DNA of 64,000 nt from Tubiluchus corallicola (GCA_030141605.1 JAQGDQ010000002.1:2976001-3040000), one strand, 5' to 3'; shown: positions 1 through 13,333, numbered from the stretch's first letter. Notes: generated from the sequence alone by a model not told the origin. Program-made: numbers and translations.

Positions 1-3000
1 TGCTCAAAAATGTTTCAATAAATTTCTAGACGTGCATAAATTTCCGACGTACGCATTGCGAATTGTGCCAAAGAATTTTCTTTTGAGTGTCACCCAAAAC
101 GAGCACACACATTCTGGCAACGCCCCTGTAAGGAAGCACATGAGCTAAGGTAGATCAGGCATATAGCGGCACACGTGTCCCAGTAACGCACGATTTAAGG
201 AAGGAAAAGTTTGGAAGGCAGAAGCAGTAAAACTCCGTGTAAGAGTTGATAAAGCATCTCCAGATGCAAGCTTACACGGGCTCATTGGGTAAGTGCAATA
301 TTAGTCAAATTTAATGTTAATGTAATTAATGTTGGTTTGTGTTTCTATAATTATAAAGTGATGAAGTACAAAAAATAGCACTTTTGTCATTGCAATGAAA
401 AGCAGACAATTAAAAGCTTAATTGTTAATACACACATGCAAATATACACAAATTTGCAAAACAAATGAATCCCATTCATTGCAAGTAATACTAGCAATAG
501 TACACAATGTATTATATTGAGAGTCTTACTTTAATACGAGTCGAGAATGGCAGGATTATTTGTTTGCAAAAATAGAATTTTATGGAAATGAGGTTTTAAA
601 AATATAAGAAAGTAAATAAAACGAGTGATTTGTTTTAATAGCAGCATTTACCTATAATACAGATTATTTGTTTTTTGCGAATGTTGAGAAGGGAATACTG
701 AAATGACAAATAGTCTCAAAAGTTAAAAAAATGGTTGGTAAAACCAGAAAGCACACTTTGTCAGATTCCGGTAGTTAGTATATCGTTATTATTATTTCCA
801 GTTATGGTAATCTCACTTTTACAAAACCAGGATAAACAATATAATTTAATGCGTAATGCCAGCCCATGAGATTTACATGCAAATACTGCCATTTAGAGTG
901 GAAAAATATTTCAAAATAATATCTTCAACTAAATTTATAATAATAGTGAGGTGGCTAAATTAGAATCTTTCACACGGATAAAACTGGGTAACTTGCGTAA
1001 GCTGTAAACAGGATTGAAATGGCGTACTATTTTCCAATTTAAAAAAGCACTTTTGGGATGCGTACAAAACGGAAACCAGAAAACTCGTTCCGTCATTATC
1101 ATGTAGTTGAACCTACTCTGTGCAATATGGAAACTAAATGTTACAAGGGCATGCAAATTAAAGTATAACAACGTTTATTTTTGTTGCTTTCAGTATAAGA
1201 AACGTTTCTATATAAGACTGTGGAAAAGATATGAAATGATTTTATTTATTGAATTTTTATAATCGCCACGAATTCTGCGCCGACTGTACACCTTTCCATG
1301 GTCTCAAATTTTATTTTTAATAATCGGCCCACGTGTAACAGAATTCCAAGCAAACTTTGTTCCATCAATTTTGAATTTGACTTTCAGATCTTCTGTCCCA
1401 AGTTGCATATGTGAGAGTAATTAATACTTTTCGAGCTTTTCTATAGTTTGTAGATTTTTTTCTGAAAATTCTACATTTATGAATCTACGAATTTTGCACA
1501 TTTTCACTGCTTTGTAGATTTCAAAGAAAACACAAATTTCCGAAAGTTGCGATGATTGAATACTTTGTTATTTCACTTCCTTTGCCACGTTATACATTTT
1601 CACCCGACAGGTAATGGAAGGAAACAATCTCGCTAGTTAATATTTTTACCCCAACTAATAATAAGCCGGTTTACTTAAAAAGCTAGGTGTTGAATTTTAT
1701 TATTTAAACTGCACCTCGAAATTTACATGTAGTCAATGTGATAATCAGCAGTCACTCATAATTGCAATATTGTTGTTGTTATTATTATTATAGTAATTCC
1801 TAGTATTAAAACCACCACACTTACCCCCACTTTTGTCATTTCCAATAAACAAGGAATAGTCAAACATTTTAAAAACATGCTTTATATTACGTATTACAAA
1901 GTAGCGCAATAGATATACTTAAAGCCGCTTTTAACATCTTTTTGTGCCCAGTATGAAGCATACCAATATGACGCCTTAAAGCCACCTTGTTTGGTAACGG
2001 AAATCGCCGAAGAATAATTTTATTGTATTTCCAACTTTAGTAATTCAAATTTTAATATTTAGTATCATTTCAAAGCTGTCATTATCAAATTGAAACGTGA
2101 AAAAATAGACATATCACCTTTAGCTTTGTCTCTAATTTTTTTAGCGAACAGTAAATTCCAAAATCGCAATCGAGCGCGGTATTACCTTGCACTAAGCACA
2201 TTGAGACGTAGCTATCACGCACTGAGGAGATAGGTACCTTGACTGTACTATATGGACAAAATTTTTCTCTCGGTACTTTAAGGAAACCGTATTTTTGCAC
2301 AACATTTTAATATAGGCTTTTAATATAGCAACATTCGAAATCCATATTATTTAAACTTAAGCTCATACGTTGTTATTTTTTAATGTGATGTAAGTTATCA
2401 ATAAACATTTGCTTTTAAATTGAATTGCAGCAAACTCGGCAAACATGTGCATAAATTGCTATGGAATTAGCTAGACGTGTTTGGAGACATAAAATTAGGG
2501 TGCAGTACAAGAAATTGTTAGTAAACAGAACTAGAACGGAGATACCAAAGTGCTTGGATCCAGCACGTCGTATCTTCCATAACGACCATTCCACACTGAG
2601 AACGCCTGGCAAAATTCATCGAGGAAAATTCCTTACGGCATTCCTCATCAAAATGGAACATATTGCTTTCTATGGCGCATTGTGAGAAATCTATCACACA
2701 GACGCCTTGTGAGAAATTCTCGTGAAATTCTACCGCCAACTAGTAGTTACGCGTCCTCCTCACGAGGAAATTTGCCGCTCGGTAGAAATCTACATGTCCC
2801 ATTTCCGTGAAGATTCCTCGCGGAGCCCACATTAAATTTAACTGCTCAATTACTTCTTTCTCGTTTAACGAGTAACAAATAACATAATTCAGCATAAAAC
2901 ATAAGTTTTAATTCCCTTTTGTAATACAGACGATTTCTTGTTTTATTAATCTAGCAGCGATGGCTATCGCATAATACACGCATATTTTAATTTTGTATTA

Positions 3001-3399
3001 TTAATTTTTGAAGTTATTAGTAGTTACTCAAGAATAAATAAACAAACAAACATGTCTGACATTACACTGACTAGCAGTGTTAATTGTACTTCGTATAATA
3101 ATTATGGTAACTGCAACTCAATCTAGATGCGCTTACATAAAATATTAAATTGCAGTTAACGCAGTCTCTTAAAGCTTGAATGTTTTTTGCAATCGAGTCC
3201 TACAGCAAAGCTAACTGATCGAAAGTATCCGGTGTTATTCTAGTGTAACTGTAGAATTTTGCCCGATCGGCGTTGTAACAACACTGTTGTCTTATTTCGT
3301 TAATGGAGCGCACCCAATAACGACGGTAATTATTGCTGTCGCAATGACAAAAAGCTGTCAGTAAAAACATCAGGTTGTCAGTAACAATAGCAGCACCTC

Positions 3400-3459
3400 A
3401 ACAACAACAGAAGCAGCAGCAGCAGCAGCAGCAACAACAACAACAACAACAACAAGAAC
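3400..3459 (+). repeat. (CAG)n/(CAA)n compound microsatellite
   Basis: Direct reading: aacaacaacagaagcagcagc...caacaacaacaagaac. Confidence 0.9.
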
Positions 3460-4222
3460 ACATGACATGACCAAGCTTTAGGGTTCACGCACTTCGTGCT
3501 GGGGATCCAAAAAAACTCGTTATTAAAATAAAAGTAATACTTTTATTCATACTTCTGAATCTCTATCATAGGTCTACGCTCTTTAATGTAACGAAAGACA
3601 CGTTGTAATAAAGATTATGCTTTAGGTATAATAAAAGTTCCAAAAGTTAAGAATTACAACAAAATGTATCAACCAAGTATATTTGCAACAAGGTCAAATC
3701 GACTAATTAAAATTTCAAAATTTCGAATTAACCGCAGTTTTCTTGCAATATACCTATTTATGGCAAAGGACGCGTGCTACGACAAAAACCTAAATTAGAT
3801 CTTAATATTATCTACATGCATCGCTGGTAATTAAATTTACATAAATTATTTCTTAAATCACGTGAGAGTGTCAATATTAATCCTTCAATTGTACTTAAAG
3901 TAAATGCCCGTAAATACTCAATGACTTTTAATGTCATTTTGTCTGTTTGTTGTAGTCAGTTACAGATTCAGATATGACCGGTTTTGTCACATTTCTGCCA
4001 CATTTTAACTGCAATTATTGCTTAATATTTGGAACTTTTGCGTCGCATCTTTAATCATCTCTACGTTATCTTTATCGTTTGTGTGAAACTTATCCTATAT
4101 GACACGTAGTTAGGAATTTTTAACTCTCATTGAGCACTACAGGTCACATATTGGGATGCAAAAGTAAAGTATAATATGTCTATACAATTCGACTATATGT
4201 GAAGTGAAAATTCATTTTATCG

Positions 4223-4260
4223 GAGAGCGAGAGAGGGAGAGAAAGAGACAGCGAGGGAGT

Positions 4261-4350
<90 letters not shown>
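4223..4350 (+). repeat. (GA)n microsatellite
   Basis: Long GA run with a degenerate 5' part; explains the ER/LS-repeat ORFs in the ORF track. Confidence 0.97.
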
Positions 4351-4352
<2 letters not shown>

Positions 4353-4878
4353 TAGAATGAAAAAGAAATGTAACCTGGGAGCCATGCAAGGCTGCAAGCT
4401 AAAACATTTTTCAGAATAAGATTAGTTACAGCCTCTTCACAAATCTTAACGTCACGGTTTTACTATTAAAATGTGCGCATTTTTATTAGTTCTAATTTTT
4501 TGTTATATGAGGTAGTGTACAGTTATTTAGCAGTAGTTATTGAAACAGTTTGTCCTAAATTAAAAAAATTGTAAACACGATTTATTTTTTGCTTGGACAA
4601 TTTAACCCTTATTATTGGCATGAAAAAGTAGGCCATCCTTATAATCGTGTCGCATCGCGTGCGCAAGCAATTGTAAGCAAGTTGAACACAAATGTTTACT
4701 TTATACGAAATTATAGTCACCAAAACTTGACAGGCCAACAACTGGACCACAGGAAACAGCCCGTAAAATCTCGAAGGCATAACATCGAAACCTATAACTT
4801 GGAGCTGCCGAATATTCTAAAAACAAACAAACACACAAAAAACAATAATTAAATATATTTGCAAGACTTAAACATTTA

Positions 4879-5060
<182 letters not shown>

Positions 5061-6396
5061 ATGTAAGGAAGGAAGGAACGAAAGAGAGAAAAAATGGAAA
5101 AAAGAAAGACAGAAAGAAAAATGATACGGCGAGATGTAAATGGATACCGATGAACAAACAAGTAAACGAACAAATGAATGAACAGACGAATGAGTACATG
5201 AAAGAAAGGGCGAGTTTCCGAATGAATGAAGAATTAAGCAAGTTTTACATGTTGAGACACACTTGCTTATGTTTTTTAATGCGACAGCAGCTTTAGAAGT
5301 GTTCGTTTCACTCCGAAATAAAAATGTGGAGATCAAACGTCGAGAGATTTACAGTAGTTTGAAATTCGATCGTTACAGTTATTGTTCGTTTTTGTAAATT
5401 AGCACTAAAAATGTCTCGCTTTCATATAGGCACATATTTTATAATGTAGGCTACAACGCTTTCATCCGTATTCCAAATGCACACCTAATTTCTTTAAATT
5501 ATTGTAAAAATGTTTTTATAAATGAATTCATGTTAAAATAATGACTATAACAGGTTCAGAGTTTGGGCAGTTCTGTATCGCATTTTATAAATCATCAAGA
5601 GTCTTCCATTTTTATTAGGCCTTATGTGAGATTAAAGGATTATATTTTTGTATAGTATTATAAACCTTTTTGAATGCAGGTGTGAACGAGTGAGTCATAT
5701 CTGTACAGTGAGAACTGCCATCATTAACAAATACATTGTTACTATTGCAATGCAGGCGGACGGAGACGTAGCAATGTGAATATATGTCCAGATCCTATGT
5801 GCCCTGACATTACCAGCATGTACTAAAGATGTTATCATCATTAATAATTACTGTAAATACTAATATACCTGCATACAATTAAGTCGCTGCTGTGATTTCT
5901 CGGTTGCAGAAAATTTTTATTAAGCAGATTTTTTCCATTTTGCTAATGACAGTACAAGTCTAAAATGGTCGTTCGTGCTTCACCTGCATTTTGATGACAA
6001 TTAATACGTTGTTTTAGCTTACTAAATCGTAGTCTAATTAACTTTTCAACTTTAGACCTCGATCACCCCCTTCCATGTGATTGGTATGTAAGTGTTCCTT
6101 TCAACGCAACTGTTAGCTCGTATATCTTAGCTTCACAAGTCTATTTGCAAATGACCATTAAAAAGAACGCGGAGGGAGTTGGTTCTCTGTGACCAGCTGG
6201 ACGGGCAAAAATCTCTTGTTCATTAGACGCAGATGTCGGCGCCTTTATGGGTCGGTGTGTAATGATTGTATGGTTGCAAGTGATACATTGCTGCCAGCTT
6301 GTTCGGACGAATAAACGAACGTTCCGCCAGGCGATACCAGAAAATTCTCGAAATCAGGTGAAGCCGAGTAGGAAGTCGTAAAGAAGCCGCAGCTAT

Positions 6397-6413
6397 TGAC
6401 GTCACGCAATGAC
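6397..6413 (+). promoter_or_regulatory. CRE palindrome (TGACGTCA) overlapping a paired-domain-like site, upstream of Pax1/9
   Basis: TGACGTCA at 6397-6404 and CGTCACGCAATGAC at 6400-6413, in a CpG-rich stretch about 370 bp upstream of the paired-box exon. Function is inferred only. Confidence 0.35.
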
Positions 6414-6774
6414 ACACATGTTCTACATGCCAGAAAATTTAATTAAACGGTTTATTAATTACTGTTAATCCATCGCCATCGGTTCGTGTCATGATATTTT
6501 TTTTGTTTTCAGTTGCCTGTAAACGGCAAAACTGACCAGTACTTTCTTAAAATAGACACAACAAAATAATTAATGCAGTAAGTGTCAAAGGGGTATGTTT
6601 GCCAACAGAATAGATCCAATAATTCCACAGTAGCTTCCGCATTGTGTGTCAATCATCGTTACACTTTAATTCACCTTTTCTATAGGGACATTTGTGAAGC
6701 ACCTCGCGTACATTATTTTCTTACATGTAGTTTCACGTACACACACGCTAGTAAATTTTGCTTTTATTTTGCAG

Positions 6775-7886
6775 AACAATCGTATGGTGAGGTGAATCAA
6801 CTTGGTGGGGTATTTGTTAACGGCAGACCACTTCCAAATGGTGTACGTATCCGAATCGTTGAATTAGCTCAGCTAGGTATCCGTCCTTGCGATATCAGCA
6901 GGCAACTAAGGGTGTCCCATGGGTGTGTAAGCAAAATCTTGGCCAGGTATGTTTCTTCAGATTTTAGCTGCAAAGTTACTCAGGTGTTTGTGATGCTAAA
7001 TGAGTATTGTTGCTACTGCTTCTGCTGTCGTCGTCGTCGTCGTCAGCGTCGTTATTGTCGTTATTGTTGCTGTTAATGTGGTAGTGTTGCTATTGTTGTT
7101 ATGCTATCGTGTGGTGCTGCAGTTGTTATCGTTGTTGTTGTTGCTTTGTTGTCATCGTTATCGCTCCCGTCGCAGCCAACGCAACTATAATTACCACTGT
7201 CGCTGTTGTTATTGCTGCTACTTGTATTGTCTCGGTTTATTTACATCTATACAGCTTAACGGCATTAAAGTTTTTTGCTGATTTTTGGCAGGTACAATGA
7301 AACTGGTTCCATATTACCAGGAGCTATAGGTGGCAGCAAACCTCGAGTAACAACACCCATAGTAGTCAAGCATATTCGAGAATACAAACGCAAAGATCCC
7401 GGAATCTTTGCTTGGGAAATTCGGGATAAACTAATATCGGACGGAGTCTGTGATAAATACAATGTCCCGTCCGTCAGTTCGATTAGTCGGATACTGCGGA
7501 ACAAAAGTGGATCGTCTTCGAACGCTCAACCTTCTTATGAAATCACGGCAAAGGATCATCGTCTATATAGCCCTCTTTATCCGTACCCGTGCACAACGAG
7601 TTTGACACAGACTGGTGCATGCATGTTTTCAATGAATAAATCTCCTATTATTTCTTCACCTCATTCGTGGCGGCATCCGCATACTGGCCCAACAGTAGGT
7701 GAGATATTCGCTTTTCGCCCACATCATCCACCGGCACCTATTCCCACGTCAACCCATGGACATTTGCCACAAATAGACAATAATGTGCAGGTCGGCGTGA
7801 CGTCATCAAATGTGCAAACATTGCCTAACTATAGTAATTATTATTACATGTGTTTGCAAAATCATTTGCAAAATGTAAAAAGTTGA
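6775..7886 (+). CDS. Pax1/9: Paired-box transcription factor, Pax1/9 (Pox-meso) class; exons 6775-6946 and 7292-7886; first coding exon unresolved
   Basis: Spliced translation [58 protein letters not shown]|[22 protein letters not shown]...[11 protein letters not shown]...[20 protein letters not shown] has the Pax1/9-diagnostic residues and no homeodomain. Canonical GT-AG intron 6947-7291; stop TGA at 7884-7886. Confidence 0.95.
7005..7232 (+). repeat. Degenerate (TGT/TGC/CGT)n low-complexity tract in the Pax1/9 intron
   Basis: Direct reading; it generates the spurious V/C/R-rich ORFs. Confidence 0.85.
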
Positions 7887-10800
7887 ATACTTTTGGGTGG
7901 TAATGTTGCGACTGCGATACACGGAGAATTTGTAAGTTTAAAGCTAAAATTCCATCTTTTAAGCGTTAAGTAATTTTCATAATATGTATGGTAACATAAT
8001 AATCCAGCGATTATTTTTATTAGTAGTAGTAGTATTATTATAGGAACTGTTTGTTTTTTCCTATTGAATAGATTGTCTACTTAAACTGTATAATCAAAAT
8101 ATGAATTATGCAATACATATGTATAACGTGTATAGTTTTACAAACAAATTCATTACTAAAATTTGTTGCCGTTAAGAAGAAAGTCAGTCTTTTGTATGTT
8201 GCATGTTAATGAGTAATGTTCAGATATTCTATTATTCTGGAGCAAAACTATTTTCCAAAGTAGTACCTCGTATTAACGAAGCAAATGAATTAACGGGTCA
8301 GCATACTAAGTGTATTACACTACATTTAGAAGTTAAGCTGGTTTATAGGACTCAGGAGTATGCATAGTCGAAATGTCAATTTAATCAAGATTAATGCATG
8401 GAAAAAAGAACGTCAAAAATTTAACTAGTTTTTGTGTATTTTTTTAAACACGCAGACATACTTATTTTAAACTCAAGAAACTGTAGCTTTACATTCGCCT
8501 AAGAATCAATAAGAAGATATAATAATTATTCTCCAAGGTCGGACCTGTGGGATTTGTTATATATTTAGTTAAAATTTAAGAAAGACAAGCGCACAGAGAG
8601 CTTACAGACTTATAAATAGTTTATATATAAACTAAGAATTTTTATTCTGTATTTTGCTTGCTACATAAATCATCTATCAGTCTGTTGATTACTTGTGCGC
8701 TTATTTCCTAAGTTTTAACTAAGATGTAACATTTGTTTATTTACATTGATTTATAATTTTATTTCATTGTTTTCTTTTTAGATTTTAACAGCATTAATAG
8801 TTAAGACAGAAAATGCTTGTAATACTGCTGACGCCTGCCAAAGCGTGACAATAATTACTCGACCTTTGTTGCTCGACTTTACTACGCTTTGTTTGACAAT
8901 AAACATTATAGTTTTTTATTGTAGACTCACGGCGCGTGGCGGGCGAAAAGCCGGACGAATGTTCGAGTTCCGAGTGATTTCATCTCAAACAGTTTAAGTG
9001 TGTACAAAACTAACTGCTGACGCCTGCCATGCTTAACACCTGCTTGCAGACTAAATGAATGTAAAGTAACAACAAAAGTTTTTCTCTTGGTGCATTTTGC
9101 TATGTGATAGCCACGTATTTTTGTAACCTCAGGACAACACTGTTCTTAACGGCAGACATGTAACTCGGCAACTCATTTGTGAAGGGATAATAAATTCTAA
9201 AAGTTGAGAAGTTAATAAATGTTTTATTATAAGAATATATAGTTGAAGAACATATATGCTTTTATAGTTTTTCTTATTATTTACTCACTGATGCCCGTCT
9301 AGTCTTCTGTAGGAACGGCTTCACAAAAGCATGATTAGTTCTTTAGCTTCGCGAATAGACTAAAATGGTCCCTAGAGCGTTCTTAAAACGAATAATTTTC
9401 TCAGTTAGTGAATTTTGTCTTAGTGAGATAAAGTTAATTTTGACTATGTAGTAAGTAGTTGTAACATCCCAATGCAGATAAAATGATGCTACGTCAGCAG
9501 TACTATAGTAGGCAATAACAAAGTTGTTGGTCAGAACACCTGTAGTCCTACTAGCGGGTATCTCAAAGATGCGTATCTATCAAAACAAAACAACGACAAT
9601 AACGACGTCGTTAACTTAGTGACGGCTTTGTGATCTGCGCCCCAGGTCACAGCTAAACGGTAAAGAAACAGAAATTTTAAAATTTATTTGGTTGCTAGGG
9701 CATTGTTATTTCAATCTTTAAAGAGGCGTCCATCATAAATGTATAGCTAGACTACATAACAATCGATTAATGTGGTGCATTTTTACTGATTCTATCAGAG
9801 TATGAAGCTGTCGTCTGTTCAGACGTAAATTAATATGTGTGCGAGTAGTCGTACGATGGTAAACAAACCTTGTTTACAGGATCAGTTTGGCGCGTGTATT
9901 AGCCGAATACACAAAGCAAATGAATGAAGATGTTTATAGGTAAGAGAAATCGAATACCTGTCAGAATAATAGCCCTTTATTCTTGGTATTGTGGAGAGGA
10001 GAGTTCAGGGTAGCATTAAGTTTGTAATATCTATTGTTAGGTAGCTAAATCTATACTTTAATCCTGATAGAAACGCTTAAACGTTTACCGCCTGACAAGT
10101 TTAGGTCAAGCTATGTGTTTAAAGCCAAAATGGATTACTGCAAAGAAGTTTGGGCCTACAATTTTTAGACGTACTGTGATTTGAAATGAGATCAATGGTA
10201 AAAATAGAGAAGTCATAAATAGTAAGATTACACTTAAGGGCACAGTTTCGTAGTACGTTTTCAACGTATTCTTATTTTCACATTGTTAACAATTTCTTGT
10301 CGGCCAAGGGCTAAAAAATTGTAGCATTAATTACGATAAATATAGGCTTTAGCCAACAGACAGTTAAAGGTAATCAAAATAACCATTGGCTGTGGCTACG
10401 GTATGAGGCGCACAATTGAAGACATAACAAACGCATATTGATTAAATTGCTTTATAATGAATTTTGTTCCGACGAATGATCGCGGTGCGCAGAACTTGGT
10501 AGAGTAAGCGTTCTTTTGTCCAACTTTCATGGTTTTTTTCATGAGATTGTTAAGAGTAGGCGCTAACATTACTTTGCATTAGCCTGAAAAAAAGAAATTA
10601 TATCTCTTAAATCAGCGAATGCCAAGGCAACAATTTCAAGAAAGGTTCGGGCAGAAGATTAGAAGACAAAGTTTAAAATTTGAAATGAAAGCTGACAAAA
10701 AGATATGATTCTCTGCTGTAATAATGCACAAGTTATACTACAGCCTTATATTCCACATTTGGTAGCCATTAGTCGTAACCGTGTGGGCCCAACAACTTGA

Positions 10801-12689
10801 AGTATAGTGTTACGTCATTAAAAATTTGGCAATAAATCGCAAGTTAAGGCTCAATTTGAGCTCGTGTTGACTACCGTTTTCCCAACCCGAACAACTTGGG
10901 TCATATAAAACGCATGATCGCAACCGACGGCTGATAAGACCAGGAACTAGATTGCTTGGAACCCATGCGTCAACTCGAGCGACATTATAAACCACAAGAT
11001 CGCAACCGATGGCAGATAAAAGGAAGAACGAGACTGCTTGTTGCAAATCATGCTTCAGCGTGTGCGACATAAGCAAGAGCAATATTTGAAACTGAATGTA
11101 ATTTACGTCTAATTTTTAGGGTAAATTGCTTGAAGAACAACATTTAAATTCTCAGTAAATGAAAATAAAGAGTGTTTTTCACACTTGTTCGCGCTGTGTA
11201 AGCTATGAGACAATAAGGAAGAAGGGATTGGTGATCAGTAGGTCAGCAACCTGTAGTTCGAAAGTTTGCTCTGCCGATTTCTATATATTTCCAGGAGAAG
11301 TGGTTTCCCGGAATAGTCTGGCTTGAGAATCAAATCACCATGTTGTATGTTAATACTCACTGTATGAACGCCTGTGTGGCAAGTCATTCCAATGACTTTC
11401 CTAAATTCCCCGGTGGTTCTTTTATTTCTTCACTAGTTCAAATTCCACGCATCATTCAACCCTTCCATCCATATAGCAATACCGTAAAAATCATTCAAGG
11501 CGTAATCATACTTGCGCATTCGCGATGTATTCGATGCCTAATGACTTATGGTATATAGCTTTTTCTTGAGATAAAGTTAGATCTATAGAAAAACGTTCTA
11601 CGAACTAGATTTCAATGTTGTTATTTGCGAGACGTTTTTGAGGTTTTCCATCAAAAATTGTGAAAGTGGCGCCCTCGTGGGGATGGGGATCCCGCCTGAA
11701 TTCCGGGGGTTACACGTGTATCGGCAATGTAGCGAGCGAGTCAATAAATCAAGCAATCAACTAGTCTGCGCGGATTGACTCAATTAACTCAAAACGCTCA
11801 AAATATTTTCGAACAAGAGTTTTCTTAACTCTTTACGACCAAAGTACTGCTGAGGGGATCAAAGAGTTTGAAATGAACCATTTTACCGTCTCGAAAAAAG
11901 CAGTTAGCCCTACCTATTGTCAAAAAGAGTTTTAAACATAACGAATTCTTCCTTTTCTTGTAGCTGATCCATAGAGCAAAGGTGTTGTCAAAATTTAATA
12001 AAGCTTGGGTTAGCGCGAATTTTTTGTCTACTTCATATTCATTTGATACTTGGTGGTATTTGCAATCTAGTTGTTACAAATAATTCTGGGCTTAATGTAA
12101 CGCAACGCAACTGTCACACCAGTCGCATTAACCAATTTGATAGGGACATTAAAGTTTTAGTTATTACTTAACTTGTGTTTAAGCTAGGCCTAAGATGAAG
12201 TTAAACACATACGTCAGATCAATCACACGGTCATATTTTTTCATTAATGGAGTTCATGTTTTGGCCTCTGAAATTCGTGGAAAAATTTTGGGTCATGGTA
12301 ATCCGACTTAATCTCTGCGAATAAAAATTCCAGGTAAAACACATGTCAAAATAAAAAATTCACTACATCACAAATTACATACAAAGAAACATTACTACAA
12401 TAATGATTACAAGTTAATAACACTTGCGTGCAAGCTTCAAATACAGTAACAGCAGATCCGCGTGGACTATCCGAACTATTCTTTAAGTATCCATCTTCCA
12501 CTTAATTTTTAAATTCAGTTTATGTAGGAACTGTCCTTGACTATAAATTTTTGGAAGCGTGAAAGATTACATGGGATTTATACACATATTTAATCAAACC
12601 TTTAAAACTCAGCTATACATATATCTTCCATAGTCTAAACCAAAAAATATTTATATGATCCATTTTACACTTAAGCGCAATTATAATAA

Positions 12690-13333
12690 AAACCAGGCAA
12701 ATGAAACTCGAAGGTTAAAGCTGAAAGAACTTCAACAAAAGCAAGAATGAGAGTCCAGGGTTAAAAAAATAGCGATAAGCAACAATAACCATAAGATCTG
12801 ATAAAAACGCAACTAACTTCACTAAAGGGCAAAAGTAATGAAATTGTTTGCTAATACAATGGACGAGTGCGACACAAGTTGAATAGGCTGATGTTATTAT
12901 CAGAAGGAACTCCGACGATGACGCTGTTGAATTTGACATATTTAAGGATGATGTCTGATCGATACCGATGGCCCAAATAAGCTCAGACGTTGCTACATAA
13001 GGGCGATACTATGTGCATGTATTAAAATATTATATAGAGCTGAATAAATACCTGGATAAATCAATTACGGCTTCCGTTTTCATGAATGGAATTAAGAAAG
13101 GTACGCGTCAGAAAACCACAAAGGTAATAAATTGCAGGTTTTTACTAAATAGTAATGCGGATAAATTAATGCTTTTTGCATCAGAAGAATCAGATTTCGA
13201 ACTGTACGCATAAACATTGAGCGGATTGCTTCAGAAACACGTTAGGGCGACCAAATCATCAACTTCTTCGGTGAGCGATTTAGAAGAGGATGAATACGCC
13301 ACACCAAAAACTCGTTAGCAAAAACGGTTCTGA
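12690..13333 (+). pseudogene. Decayed coding-like segment of unknown origin
   Basis: The frame from 12887 runs about 150 codons with only 4 internal stops (ADVIIRRNSDDDAVEFDIFKDDV*...LMLFASEESDFELYA*TLSGLLQKHV...), fewer than expected for such AT-rich DNA. Confidence 0.35.

Noticed and set aside
1-295. GC-richer segment ending in a good donor (gg|gtaagt), possibly an exon
   Set aside because: All three + strand frames contain stops and no family is recognisable; context is cut by the window edge.
7000-7300. Val/Cys/Arg-rich ORFs overlapping Pax1/9
   Set aside because: They come from the low-complexity tract inside the 6947-7291 intron; retaining the intron hits a stop at 7074-7076.
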